Virus record (IMG/VR): IMGVR_UViG_3300021961_000033
Span: 1-64,000 of that record
Strand: one strand, 5' to 3'
Source: an uncultured virus (IMG/VR IMGVR_UViG_3300021961_000033)
Taxonomy: Duplodnaviria; Heunggongvirae; Uroviricota; Caudoviricetes
DNA: 64,000 nt
The notes below the pieces were generated by a model that saw nothing but the letters and a program-made list of their open reading frames with translations, did no database searches and was not told the DNA's origin. This document shows, piece by piece, positions 47,509 to 57,106 of the stretch (position 1 is its first letter; each line of letters opens with the position of its first letter). A program made the position numbers and the translations under genes.

Positions 47509-48333
47509 TTAATTAGTTGTTATTATACTATTCTTGTTAAGTTCTTGCAAGTTATTTTTTGCTTGAACTGTAGCCTCATATCCTCTAGTAAAAATTGTTG
47601 GTTCGTACCTGAATGCATTACTTATCCATATTAAACTATTATCCGGAAAGACAGGTGCATCATATAAATCTATTTTTTGAAAATTTACTTTCATTTTATG
47701 CCAATTTGGCCAATTTTCGTATAGATTTAGTGGTGGATTATAAAATCCAGACGTAGGCTGTGCTAAGTTAACAGTTTTAGGTAATTCTGGTTGACTGTGT
47801 AGATATTCAGCAAACTCTAATTGTCTAGCACAGTAATCATATACTGTAATTGTTTTGAAATCTCCCTGCAATGCATAAAGAGCTGTTTTCCAACCACTGG
47901 CTAAACCATAAAGATGAGCACAATTGTGGGTATGAGTTATAGGCGGTTCGTTGTTGTCTAAATACACCAATTTATTACTTCGTATACAAACCTTCAAAAG
48001 ATTTTCAATAATGTATAGTTGTTTAGATCCGGGTTGATAATACCTACGTTTAAAGTCAATCGGTATTTGTTTGTCAAATTTAATAACAAATTCACTATCT
48101 TTTGCATATTTGGTATAATTATGAGAACGAAAATCAGTGGTTAGAAAATCTCCAGTTTCTAAAATTACGTCATTACTGCCTGCTAATTTTTCTGCATTAT
48201 TATAGTCAGGAACAGTAACAATATGATCTACAAAGTCTATTGCTTGATTTTTGGCATCAAACAAGAGTTTTGTTTGCGTAAATCTTAAAAGACTTTCATT
48301 ATCACAATCATGTACTATAAAAGCTGTTCGCAT
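47509..48333 (-). CDS. Hypothetical protein (methyltransferase-fold-like C-terminus)
   Basis: GLASG, VYDY, WISNAF. Confidence 0.45.
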   Translation of the reverse strand: MRTAFIVHDCDNESLLRFTQTKLLFDAKNQAIDFVDHIVTVPDYNNAEKLAGSNDVILETGDFLTTDFRSHNYTKYAKDSEFVIKFDKQIPIDFKRRYYQPGSKQLYIIENLLKVCIRSNKLVYLDNNEPPITHTHNCAHLYGLASGWKTALYALQGDFKTITVYDYCARQLEFAEYLHSQPELPKTVNLAQPTSGFYNPPLNLYENWPNWHKMKVNFQKIDLYDAPVFPDNSLIWISNAFRYEPTIFTRGYEATVQAKNNLQELNKNSIITTN

Positions 48334-48940
48334 AACTATCCTCTAAAATTTTATTACTTATTGTAGTATGCAATATTATATGCAATCTATATTGATCACT
48401 GTTATTAAATACCATATGCCTGTTGCTAGTATCTATTATAAAAGCACTACCAACTTCAAAAGGTATCGTTCCTCTATCTAAAAATCTAAAACAACAACCT
48501 TCTGGTTGGGTAATTGCTACATTTATTTCTTTTAACCCCTGTTCAGATCTATCTGCGTGGGGGAGAATATAGCCGCCTGGTTCAAGCAGCATAAACCTAA
48601 TTCTTTTAGTTTCCTCATTTATTATAAAATTGTCTTTTATCCACTGTGTCGTTTTAGGACATTTATAGGAAAGATAAGTCCAATTATGAGGAAGGTCACT
48701 GTTTGTAGTGATATGAGTATCTACACCATATAATACTGCACTCTTCCAACCTTTATGCGACATATTAGCCCATGAATCCTGTGATCTATGGGAAACCAAA
48801 AATTCTGTATTTTGTTCATATTCTAATAGAATATCATTAACAGGAACATCTATATTAAGTCTAAGCCATGGCAAACCTGTATTATTACGAATGTAATCAG
48901 ATGAAGGTCTAAACTTTAATAATGATTGAATTGCTTTCAA
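48308..48940 (-). CDS. Aspartyl/asparaginyl beta-hydroxylase-like 2OG oxygenase
   Basis: CPKT, RFMLLEPGGYILPHAD, HMVFNNS..RLH. Confidence 0.85.
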   Translation of the reverse strand: MKAIQSLLKFRPSSDYIRNNTGLPWLRLNIDVPVNDILLEYEQNTEFLVSHRSQDSWANMSHKGWKSAVLYGVDTHITTNSDLPHNWTYLSYKCPKTTQWIKDNFIINEETKRIRFMLLEPGGYILPHADRSEQGLKEINVAITQPEGCCFRFLDRGTIPFEVGSAFIIDTSNRHMVFNNSDQYRLHIILHTTISNKILEDSYANSFYST

Positions 48941-49700
48941 GTTTAATATTCCTATGCAAAATGCTTTGTACTTGCTCTACAGATTGTTTAAAATTTCCTA
49001 AACCAACAGTATCACCAATCACAGGAAGACTATTTGCTTTACACCATTCATTATATTCTTTAGGAGCTTCTTGGGTATATGGTCTAGTAGTCTTTAGTAG
49101 TAGTTCTCCACTTAGTAAACTAAAGTCATTAGTGTCACTATCTAGTACATTTTGGTCATAAATTTCCCATTTATTGTAGGTATTTCTTCCTAAATTATTA
49201 AACTTAATGCTTACATTGTATCTGTTAAAATTAATAATCTTGTTGCCAAAAATATTATTGCAAAACCACATTCTATATGTATCAAAATTTTTAAACTTGA
49301 AATTTATAGTCTCTAAGTAGTGTATTGTATTATTAATGTCATTAAATTTTTTAAGTAATTTACTATCAGTCTTTGAGAGCAAAGTTGGTATGTGCTTGTA
49401 TTCTATAAGCAATTTTACCCATACCATATGTAAATTATTGAGAATATTCTGATTATATAAATCTATGTTTAGAAATTTACTAAAGGTAGTGTTCTTTAAC
49501 TTTGTGACAAAAAAACTGTCAACGTCAGCTAAACATTCCTGCAAATATTTTATATTGTCAAGTAATTTAGTATTGTCAATAGTAAACTTATTAGTGTTGG
49601 TTTTATTTACAGAGTCTACATAATAATTTACTAGTTCTTGATTAGTATCTATTAAATCTATATAATCGCCAGTATTTTCAAATACCAACTGTAAATTCAT
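48909..49700 (-). CDS. Hypothetical protein (Asn-rich, AT-rich)
   Basis: Likely start MNLQL at 49700 after GGAG; LNNLH..W, IN..IH.LE. Confidence 0.6.
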   Translation of the reverse strand: MNLQLVFENTGDYIDLIDTNQELVNYYVDSVNKTNTNKFTIDNTKLLDNIKYLQECLADVDSFFVTKLKNTTFSKFLNIDLYNQNILNNLHMVWVKLLIEYKHIPTLLSKTDSKLLKKFNDINNTIHYLETINFKFKNFDTYRMWFCNNIFGNKIINFNRYNVSIKFNNLGRNTYNKWEIYDQNVLDSDTNDFSLLSGELLLKTTRPYTQEAPKEYNEWCKANSLPVIGDTVGLGNFKQSVEQVQSILHRNIKLESNSIIIKV

Positions 49701-49718
49701 AAGTTTACTCCGTAAGAA

Positions 49719-49742
49719 TAAGGGCGGCAAAAGCCGCCCTTA
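49719..49742 (-). terminator. GC-rich hairpin after gp32
   Basis: taagggcggc-aaaa-gccgccctta. Confidence 0.7.
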
Positions 49743-49750
49743 CTTTTGCC

Positions 49751-50728
49751 TTAGGACTTTTGTCTTGCGCGAATCATTGCAAGAATGTCATCCGCACTCT
49801 TACCGCCTGACTCTGCTGGTGCTGTTGCTACTGGAGCTGGCTGTGGTGCTGCTTCTACAACTGGTTCAGGTGCAGTCGCAGGTGCTGGCGCTGGAGTTGC
49901 TGCTGGTGCAGGGGTGTCAGACACAGAGGATCCTGCAGGAGCATCAACGCCATATGGGCGATAGTATTGCCCAAAACGCTCAACATCATACGCATCGCCA
50001 TCAACTGATGCTTCAAACATCTCCTTGATAGCATTTAGTTCTACCTCACTAGGACGTTTGGGTAGAAAATCGGACAAATTGTATAAGCCGTGTTCATCAA
50101 TAGCAGCCTTTTGTGCCGCAGTTACAGCGGTTTCTTTGCGAGCCCATTTACTTGTGCTATAATCTGCATACTGACCCTTGGTAGTCTTTGTGATGCGGAA
50201 GTCAAGTCCTGCATCAAGATCAGTTGGTAGCTCCTGGATATCTGGATCCATAAGTGCATCTTTAATAATACCAAAAATGCTTGGACTAATTACAAACCTG
50301 CGAATTGGATTCTCAGGAGTTTCGTCTTCTACCATTGGGTTTTCGTTCACAAAGCCCTGGAAGATATAGCTACGTTTCTTCCAATATTTGCGGCCCATTT
50401 CTTCTAAACTGGAGTCCTTGAACCATCCACGTACTTCACTGAGTACTGGACAGGCATCGTTCCACATTTCTACGCAGGGTACCTGTACTACTACCTGCTT
50501 GCTGTCCATCTGTCCTTTTACACCATTAAATGGTAAACGGATCATTAGACGCTCTTTCCAAAAGAATGTATTGGAAGGATCGCCATCCGCAAGGAATCGA
50601 ACAACTGCTGTTGAGCCTTCTGGGATATTCCAATGTGGGAAAATTGCGTTGTCGCCGCCGCCGCTTGTACGCTCTGTGCGTGTTTCTTGTGCTTTTAGTT
50701 TTGCACGAATTTCTGCTAAAGATGCCAT
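49751..50728 (-). CDS. 32: Single-stranded DNA-binding protein (T4 gp32 family)
   Basis: VRFL, CPV, KYWKKRSY, G.DFRI.K...YADYSTSKW, Pro/Ala linker. Confidence 0.9.
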   Translation of the reverse strand: MASLAEIRAKLKAQETRTERTSGGGDNAIFPHWNIPEGSTAVVRFLADGDPSNTFFWKERLMIRLPFNGVKGQMDSKQVVVQVPCVEMWNDACPVLSEVRGWFKDSSLEEMGRKYWKKRSYIFQGFVNENPMVEDETPENPIRRFVISPSIFGIIKDALMDPDIQELPTDLDAGLDFRITKTTKGQYADYSTSKWARKETAVTAAQKAAIDEHGLYNLSDFLPKRPSEVELNAIKEMFEASVDGDAYDVERFGQYYRPYGVDAPAGSSVSDTPAPAATPAPAPATAPEPVVEAAPQPAPVATAPAESGGKSADDILAMIRARQKS

Positions 50729-50830
50729 AGTGCCTATTCTCCTTTGCCTATTGTTTTAGCCTTTGTTAATGCCTAAATCATACTCTACACTAACTCTTAT
50801 AGTGTATGACATTCGTATTTATCTTGTCAA
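50729..50830 (-). promoter_or_regulatory. gp32 leader: promoter, hairpin and four AGGC repeats
   Basis: TTGACA 50830-50825; TAAATA 50821-50816; hairpin 50778-50809; TAGGCA 50775, AAGGCT 50763, TAGGCA 50750 and 50736. Confidence 0.65.
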
Positions 50831-50863
50831 CAATTAAATTTAAGTTTTTTTGATATAAAAATT

Positions 50864-51967
50864 TTATAAGATTTTGAAATTTTTGTAATTTTTTTGATTA
50901 CTAATTTTATCTAATTTTTTTGAGTCTAATTTTCTTATTAGCTCTTTATTGATATGTGCACTTTTTGCTTGTTTTATTATTAGGTCTTTACTAGCAGATA
51001 ATATTGTTTCAGATAAAGTAATATCTTTAAAAGGAGTAAAAGTTAGTGTCCTATCTAAATGCCAATGTTGATGATCATTAATATTCATATCTAACACAGA
51101 GTGAAATACGTCATCATTGATGGAGGACGGTATGTCTATATTCTTTTTTTTAAAATAAGTGTAATGATAATCATCTGGAGTAAGAATGTCGTCTAAGGTA
51201 AGTCCCCAATGTTTCAATATCATCGCCAATGCAGTTGGGCCACGTAACATGTTTTCATCGCCGTTGCCGCCGGTAACTAATACACAATCTGCGTCCCATA
51301 AATGTATTTGATTATATGCCCAAAACTGTTTTAATCTCATAACGTTAGATTTATAAAACGGAGTTAATTTAATATAAATGTAATCTAGTAATTCATAGTT
51401 TTTAGTAAAATGATCTATATATGCCCATAAAGTTGTAGTGTCTATACCACCAGTTAAAAAAACTTTTAAAGGTAGTGTATTGTGTGTTAAAAACTGTTCT
51501 ACTGTTGTGCACAGTTTGTTATGTAGAGTTTCAATAACTTGCTCATTAGTCAGTGTATTGTTTGGATATGTAAAAGGTTTATACCATTGCTTGTTTACAG
51601 TCAAATCGGACTGTACTTCAACTATACAGTCAGCCCAAATTTGTTCTTCACTTTCATGTAAATTAGTTAAGTAATCACTTGACACCCATAGGGGAAATCC
51701 TCTATTAGTATCATGAATAAGTCTTACACTATTGCTATCTGCAATGAAAGCACAAAAGTTACCTTTAAAAGTAGGGAAAGACTGCTCCTGTAAATCTCCT
51801 AAACAATCCTCTAATCGACAATGATTTACATAGCCTTTGTATACAAATGTATACTTCTCAATAGTTTTTGTATTCCAGCCATCATCAGTGCTTAAAACCA
51901 AGTTATTTGGTAGCACATAATGGTTAGGAAAATTTTTATCTAATTTTTTAGATAGATTAAAAAACAT
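50864..51967 (-). CDS. Asparagine-synthase-like (Ntn-like plus adenine-nucleotide alpha-hydrolase) protein
   Basis: GNF..., VFLTGGIDT PP-loop, VTGGNGDE, TPF. Confidence 0.7.
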   Translation of the reverse strand: MFFNLSKKLDKNFPNHYVLPNNLVLSTDDGWNTKTIEKYTFVYKGYVNHCRLEDCLGDLQEQSFPTFKGNFCAFIADSNSVRLIHDTNRGFPLWVSSDYLTNLHESEEQIWADCIVEVQSDLTVNKQWYKPFTYPNNTLTNEQVIETLHNKLCTTVEQFLTHNTLPLKVFLTGGIDTTTLWAYIDHFTKNYELLDYIYIKLTPFYKSNVMRLKQFWAYNQIHLWDADCVLVTGGNGDENMLRGPTALAMILKHWGLTLDDILTPDDYHYTYFKKKNIDIPSSINDDVFHSVLDMNINDHQHWHLDRTLTFTPFKDITLSETILSASKDLIIKQAKSAHINKELIRKLDSKKLDKISNQKNYKNFKIL

Positions 51968-51973
51968 AATACT

Positions 51974-52001
51974 ATTATAACATATTTGTTCTAGTTGTCA
52001 A
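51974..52001 (-). promoter_or_regulatory. Consensus sigma70 promoter
   Basis: TTGACA-16 bp-TATAAT with extended -10 TG; ATG 6 nt downstream. Confidence 0.78.
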
Positions 52002-52003
52002 AT

Positions 52004-52027
52004 GAAGAGGCCCTTGCGGACCTCTTC
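52004..52027 (-). terminator. Hairpin with GCAA loop
   Basis: GAAGAGGUCC-GCAA-GGGCCUCUUC on the minus strand. Confidence 0.7.
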
Positions 52028-52049
52028 TAGTTTGTTATTTTTGTGTTGA

Positions 52050-54470
52050 TTATTTGCTTTCGATGTCTTGTAGTTTTCTCATTTCTCTAGCAACTATACT
52101 TCTTGGTGTTATTCGATAGCCTGGTTCGCCTTCTCTTAGCCCGTGATTGCTTCTTGCTGTTGACCCTATGCCTGACATGCGTTTAATCCAGTCTAGTTCG
52201 TCAGTGCCTTCCTGTGCTTGTTCTACGCTTTCCATTGGTTCCATATCGTCATAATATTTTTCATCAGATTCCATTCTCTTCTGATCTAGATATTCTTGTG
52301 TAACTACGCCTGGGTGCATTGCCATAATTTCTTCGTCACTTGCACCATCTTGAATCATTTCTTCAACATGCTGGTCAATGTCTCTCATTTTGCCTTCATC
52401 AACCTGGGTTTCGTCTTCTCTCATCTTTCTATGAGGCTTGCCGCAACCTTCGTCCATGCCTTCATCTATAGTGTTGCCTAGTTCTAGTTCACCTTTCCAG
52501 TAGTCTTCCATGTATGCTGCTACTTCACGGCGAACTGATGTATTAAAGATACGATTCCAATCTGTGCCTACACTGTGCTGTTGTGCATAACGCTTGGCAG
52601 CATCTGTTGCCCAGTACATCCAAAGTTTCTTAGCCAACTCGCTGTCGTATACACCCTTTGCCATTTTCCTTGCAAGGTTTTTAACAATTGGTGTAGTGCG
52701 TTGACGATACAAGTCACCATCGTTCTCGCCAAATAGTACTAGCTCATGAGCTTCATCGCTCATAGCAGAAGCATCTGATGAAGTTGCTTCGCCTACTTTT
52801 TTACCCATTGACTTTTTGATTGCCTTGTCACGAGCAGCCATGTAATCATCGCTGTCAATGTCTCCATCACCGTCATGATCCTTGCCTTTTTTCTCGCCGA
52901 TAAGTTCTGACATACTGTCTTCATATTCTGCAAAATAATCTCTGCTGCTTACGCCTGTGACTTCTTGTGCTTTCATATCAATACTCTCTTCTGCTTTTTT
53001 GTGCTGAGCCAAATACATTTTTGCTAATTCAATTGCTTGTTTCTTCTGGCCTTTAAATTCTGGTGTGTCTACCTGTCCAAATGGACCGCCTTGACTACCA
53101 ATTTTTTCTGCCATATCAGCAGCAAAAATACTTACTTCATCATCTACTGCTCTACTCGCAATGTCTACTAGAATCATCTGTAGCACTGCTTTGTTATCTC
53201 TAGCAGTAAACTTTGGCATCTCGCCTGGAATAAGTTTTAGATCACTTGGTACTGTAAATTCACGACCTGGAGCATCGCCACGGTCACTGTCATCCATGTT
53301 AAGTTCTCCATAGCCAGGATTTTTAAATCTACTAGCAACTTTCTGTCCTTCACGGTCCTGCTTGTCCTGTGTAAATGATCCAATCTCTTTGCCAGCTACA
53401 GTTGCAGTAAGTGTAATTGTACCTTTGTCGTCTTCGTCTCTCTGGATTTCTGCACCATTCTTTTTAGCAGCAGCAATGAAATCGTCCATATCGTAATAAT
53501 CACCGCTTTTCTTTTCTTGTAATTTCATTGCTTTACCCACAGCAGATAAACTGCCTTCTAGTCTGTCATCAAATACTGATCTTGTTAATTTAGATTTGAT
53601 ATCATTAATATCATCATCAGATACTTCAACAGCATCTGGTGAGTAGTTTTCAAAATAATCTGTATAGCCTTTTTGTTTGCTAATACTTTCTAGTGTGCTT
53701 TTTAAACCATAATATCTGCCAGTTGCTTTTTCAATAATGTCTTGTGCGTCTTCATTTACATAGTCATTGCGTTTAACACCACGAACAAAATCTTTTAGTT
53801 GTGACATTTCTGCCATGATTTCTGAAATGTGTTCGCCATATTGATCGTTTTGATAACCGCCATTGCTAATATGACGTGCCATTGCTCTAGCACCAGGTAG
53901 GTAGTTGTTTTCAAAACGGAATCGTTCGCCCTGGCCGTTTTCAATATAAATTGCTTTAATGTTTCTACTACGAGCGCCGTGACGTTCTTCATCAACAGTG
54001 CGAGTATGCTGAACAATAAGTTTTGCACCATTTAAATCCTGGTAACTCTTTTGCTTGCTGCCGTAAAGTCTGCTTTCCATAGCAAGTTCTTCCTCTGTCT
54101 TATTCTGATTGGCGAGATATTCGTAATCTTTTTTGTCAAGTCTAGTTTTACTAATGTTTTTTGCTTCATAGTTTAACATGTTAGCAGTAGCAAAATGTTT
54201 TAGTCCTGTAAGGAAATCATAAAATCCTTGTGTAGCGTCTGCATCCTGTTCGGTAACAATGTCGTTGTTAAAATAGACTTTTAGGGCACCTTCATCAACT
54301 AGACTTACTACTACACTGCCTAATTTTTGTCCCTGATTTGTATAATCAAATTCAAAAAATACTGCCTCTTGGGGCATGAGTGTTTGCTGGCCATCTGCTT
54401 TGCCCAGCGTTAGGTTTCCGAATTTTCCACGGAGTTTATTGAATAAGTCTTTTGATGTCGTGTCTGCCAT
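52050..54470 (-). CDS. Large acidic virion head protein
   Basis: 806 aa; IYIENGQGERF..GARAMARH motif, DHDGDGDIDSDDY Ca-loop, many L/V-x-E sites; TAAATA at 54478. Confidence 0.65.
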   Translation of the reverse strand: MADTTSKDLFNKLRGKFGNLTLGKADGQQTLMPQEAVFFEFDYTNQGQKLGSVVVSLVDEGALKVYFNNDIVTEQDADATQGFYDFLTGLKHFATANMLNYEAKNISKTRLDKKDYEYLANQNKTEEELAMESRLYGSKQKSYQDLNGAKLIVQHTRTVDEERHGARSRNIKAIYIENGQGERFRFENNYLPGARAMARHISNGGYQNDQYGEHISEIMAEMSQLKDFVRGVKRNDYVNEDAQDIIEKATGRYYGLKSTLESISKQKGYTDYFENYSPDAVEVSDDDINDIKSKLTRSVFDDRLEGSLSAVGKAMKLQEKKSGDYYDMDDFIAAAKKNGAEIQRDEDDKGTITLTATVAGKEIGSFTQDKQDREGQKVASRFKNPGYGELNMDDSDRGDAPGREFTVPSDLKLIPGEMPKFTARDNKAVLQMILVDIASRAVDDEVSIFAADMAEKIGSQGGPFGQVDTPEFKGQKKQAIELAKMYLAQHKKAEESIDMKAQEVTGVSSRDYFAEYEDSMSELIGEKKGKDHDGDGDIDSDDYMAARDKAIKKSMGKKVGEATSSDASAMSDEAHELVLFGENDGDLYRQRTTPIVKNLARKMAKGVYDSELAKKLWMYWATDAAKRYAQQHSVGTDWNRIFNTSVRREVAAYMEDYWKGELELGNTIDEGMDEGCGKPHRKMREDETQVDEGKMRDIDQHVEEMIQDGASDEEIMAMHPGVVTQEYLDQKRMESDEKYYDDMEPMESVEQAQEGTDELDWIKRMSGIGSTARSNHGLREGEPGYRITPRSIVAREMRKLQDIESK

Positions 54471-54489
54471 TATATTGTATTTATTACTT

Positions 54490-56055
54490 TTAAACTATTA
54501 CAAAGGGCATCGGAGCGATGTCTTGATCGCTTCCGTCCCTCATGTGATTATCTAGTTCTGGTAGATAGTTTTTAATTTCTGTAGCCATACGCACTGCTAG
54601 TAGTGTAGCCATAACTAAGTCATCAGTTTCGCCTATCTTTGCAGCATAACTTGTACCATTTGCTATAAAGTTTTTAAGTTCACTAACAAGAAGTTTACTT
54701 TTTACTTTAAGTCTGTCTGTTTCTACCATGGTTTTTAACTTGCTACAATAAGTTAACTTACTTCTCTGTGTGGTGTTAAAGCCTTTTCTGAACCTTCTAC
54801 TGTTGCCATGTGCTTTACTTTCACTTAAAAACACGCCAGTAATGTTTTCTTCGCCACGCTCGTATATGCTAATAAGAGCTGCTTCGCCAAGTGTATTGTT
54901 TTCCACACTGTAGTACACGCTGTTTGAGTCACCAATCTGATCACCTATAAACTTACATATACCTGATAAAATGTCTATTTGCTGTGGTATAGCACTCTTG
55001 TTATGACACCATTCTGCAACTTGTATCATGCTTGGTGCTTCAAATACCTGTATTGCAGCAGGATCACCACCTGTTCCTAAACTGGGATCCAAGGCAACAA
55101 TATATGTGCAGCCACGCTCGGGCATTTTATACCAACGCACTGTGCCCTGCTTGTGTATAGGATCTGTGCCAATCATATTTGTAAGAACAAGACTATCGAT
55201 TAAAGTTTCGTCATTAATAATAAACTCGCAATCATGTTCACGTCTAAAACGCTCCTCACCAATGCGTCCTAATTCTTCTTCTTTCCACTTTTCGTCTCTG
55301 TCAGGATGCTCCCACCAGTAACTGCGATATGCTTTAAAACCGTTTACGCCAATATCTGTTTCGTTACCGTGTGCATCAAAACACTTGTTTGCATCTCTCC
55401 AGATCATAGCAAACTGGTCTTCATCACTGTTAGGCGTGCTTGTAATAATTGCCTGTCCACCAGTAGCAAGTGTAGGAGAAATACTTGTCCAGAATTCTCT
55501 AGCAATACTTGGTCTCACAAACGCAAACTCGTCACAGTATAGCATACTAATACTTAAACCACGTCCGGTATTATCAGTAGTTGCCTGTGCTATAATTCTA
55601 CTACCGTTATCAAACTCTATACTACCCTTATTGTAACTGGTAACACCAGCACGGATATGATTAGGACATAGTTCATATCCATATCTAATACGCTGCATAA
55701 TTTCCTGAGCACCAGAATATTTGTGTGCTGCAATAAGGATAATACTATCTGGCACAAACATAGCACGCCATAACAAGTAACCCGCAGCGGTAGTTGTTTT
55801 ACCAGTTTGTCTAGGTAACATGTTAACATTAAATCTAAAATTATGATAGGTATCTAATAATTTTTGTTGATATTCAAACGGTGTGTATAACAACTTGCCC
55901 TTTGTAGGATGCTGTATATAAAAATAGTTCTCCAAGAAATGCATAGGTCCTGATCTACTATCAGCACATGCTGCAAACTCTTGGATTTGTTTATGGGTAT
56001 AACTTTCTTGTTTATGTGCTTTTTTAATTAAAACGCCATCTAAACTTTTAGACAT
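54490..56055 (-). CDS. 17: Terminase large subunit (T4 gp17-like)
   Basis: PRQTGKT, YCDEFAF, ITSTP, FRREH.CEF, LDPSLG, ENN, DDLVMA. Confidence 0.96.
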   Translation of the reverse strand: MSKSLDGVLIKKAHKQESYTHKQIQEFAACADSRSGPMHFLENYFYIQHPTKGKLLYTPFEYQQKLLDTYHNFRFNVNMLPRQTGKTTTAAGYLLWRAMFVPDSIILIAAHKYSGAQEIMQRIRYGYELCPNHIRAGVTSYNKGSIEFDNGSRIIAQATTDNTGRGLSISMLYCDEFAFVRPSIAREFWTSISPTLATGGQAIITSTPNSDEDQFAMIWRDANKCFDAHGNETDIGVNGFKAYRSYWWEHPDRDEKWKEEELGRIGEERFRREHDCEFIINDETLIDSLVLTNMIGTDPIHKQGTVRWYKMPERGCTYIVALDPSLGTGGDPAAIQVFEAPSMIQVAEWCHNKSAIPQQIDILSGICKFIGDQIGDSNSVYYSVENNTLGEAALISIYERGEENITGVFLSESKAHGNSRRFRKGFNTTQRSKLTYCSKLKTMVETDRLKVKSKLLVSELKNFIANGTSYAAKIGETDDLVMATLLAVRMATEIKNYLPELDNHMRDGSDQDIAPMPFVIV

Positions 56056-56058
56056 AAC

Positions 56059-56487
56059 TTATCCTATTATTATAGTTTTATGCTTCTTGTGTGTGCAAAG
56101 TGTTATGAAATCTGCAACAAAGTCAAAGTGTGTTGATAGCAAACTAAACACTTCATGACTCATTCGCATACTTGCAATATCATAACTGTTTGACCCTATC
56201 TCACGATAGTATCGTTTATTTAATCCATACCGCCTACCATATTTGGGAAACACCCCACTTAAAAATAGACATGTATCGCCTAGCTCTTTTGCTTGGCTTA
56301 AATCTTTTCTTCTAAGTTTGCTGTAGGCATCAGCAAAACTTCTTTCAGGGAGGAAGTCTGGTTTATCGATGAAACTGGCTAATAAAGCGCCTACATAAAC
56401 TGTAACATCCTCTGGTAATTCATATCCTGTCTCTGTCTGTGTGTTAAGAACTATCTCGTTCATTGGGACAAAATATTCATCACGCAT
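56059..56487 (-). CDS. Hypothetical helical protein
   Basis: AKELGDTCLFLSGVFP, YY..IG..SY. Confidence 0.65.
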   Translation of the reverse strand: MRDEYFVPMNEIVLNTQTETGYELPEDVTVYVGALLASFIDKPDFLPERSFADAYSKLRRKDLSQAKELGDTCLFLSGVFPKYGRRYGLNKRYYREIGSNSYDIASMRMSHEVFSLLSTHFDFVADFITLCTHKKHKTIIIG

Positions 56488-56526
56488 ATCTTACTCCTCA
56501 TATATGAATACTTATCACAAAGTGAA

Positions 56527-56547
56527 AGGGCGGCAAAAAGCCGCCCT
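56527..56547 (-). terminator. Intrinsic terminator
   Basis: agggcggc-aaaaa-gccgccct. Confidence 0.72.
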
Positions 56548-56576
56548 CTCGAGTAGTTGTTTAGGTATCTAAACTA

Positions 56577-56807
56577 TTACTTACTCTTGTAGATATGGTA
56601 CAAGACCCAGACTGCAACTAGACCAACAAGTCCTTCTGCTGATAAGCCTTTGATAATGCCTGTAACATTAGCAATTACACTCATGTCTGACCAAAACGGA
56701 ACTGAACCTTTGAATAGAACTTCAAGAACAATTCCTAGTGCGATTAGACTTACACCAACGTCTGTTAGTGATGCTGCCCAACCTTTTACTTTTTTAAGAG
56801 CGTCCAT
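56577..56807 (-). CDS. Small two-TM membrane protein (holin-like candidate)
   Basis: 76 aa, two hydrophobic helices, GAGGAG RBS. Confidence 0.6.
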   Translation of the reverse strand: MDALKKVKGWAASLTDVGVSLIALGIVLEVLFKGSVPFWSDMSVIANVTGIIKGLSAEGLVGLVAVWVLYHIYKSK

Positions 56808-56834
56808 TTATACTCTCCTCCTTAGAAAAGATTA

Positions 56835-57002
56835 TTAACCTTTTTTAATAATAGTCCAGATACCATAGGCTAAACCTGCCCATGCCACCCATTTAATTAT
56901 TGGACTAGCTATTAAGGCGAGTACGCTGACTGCTATAACTACGCCGCCGTCCCATGATGTACGTTCAGCGAAGCGGTCTTTTACCCAACTTACAATCTTC
57001 AT
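56835..57002 (-). CDS. 55-aa membrane protein
   Basis: Not in the track: MKIVSWVKDRFAERTSWDGGVVIAVSVLALIASPIIKWVAWAGLAYGIWTIIKKG; AAGGAG RBS. Confidence 0.7.
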   Translation of the reverse strand: MKIVSWVKDRFAERTSWDGGVVIAVSVLALIASPIIKWVAWAGLAYGIWTIIKKG

Positions 57003-57106
57003 AGTTTTTACTCCTTAGGTATCTGTATTGACAGTGACTATTATGTCACACGCCTGTTGATCCCCTACTTAACTTGAAAAGAGGCTACCTATAACTCGTG
57101 TGTTAC

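Noticed and set aside
12594..56055. Introns or inteins in helicase, UvsW, UvsX or terminase
   Set aside because: Lengths are ordinary and motifs contiguous; no splice motifs or homing endonuclease seen.
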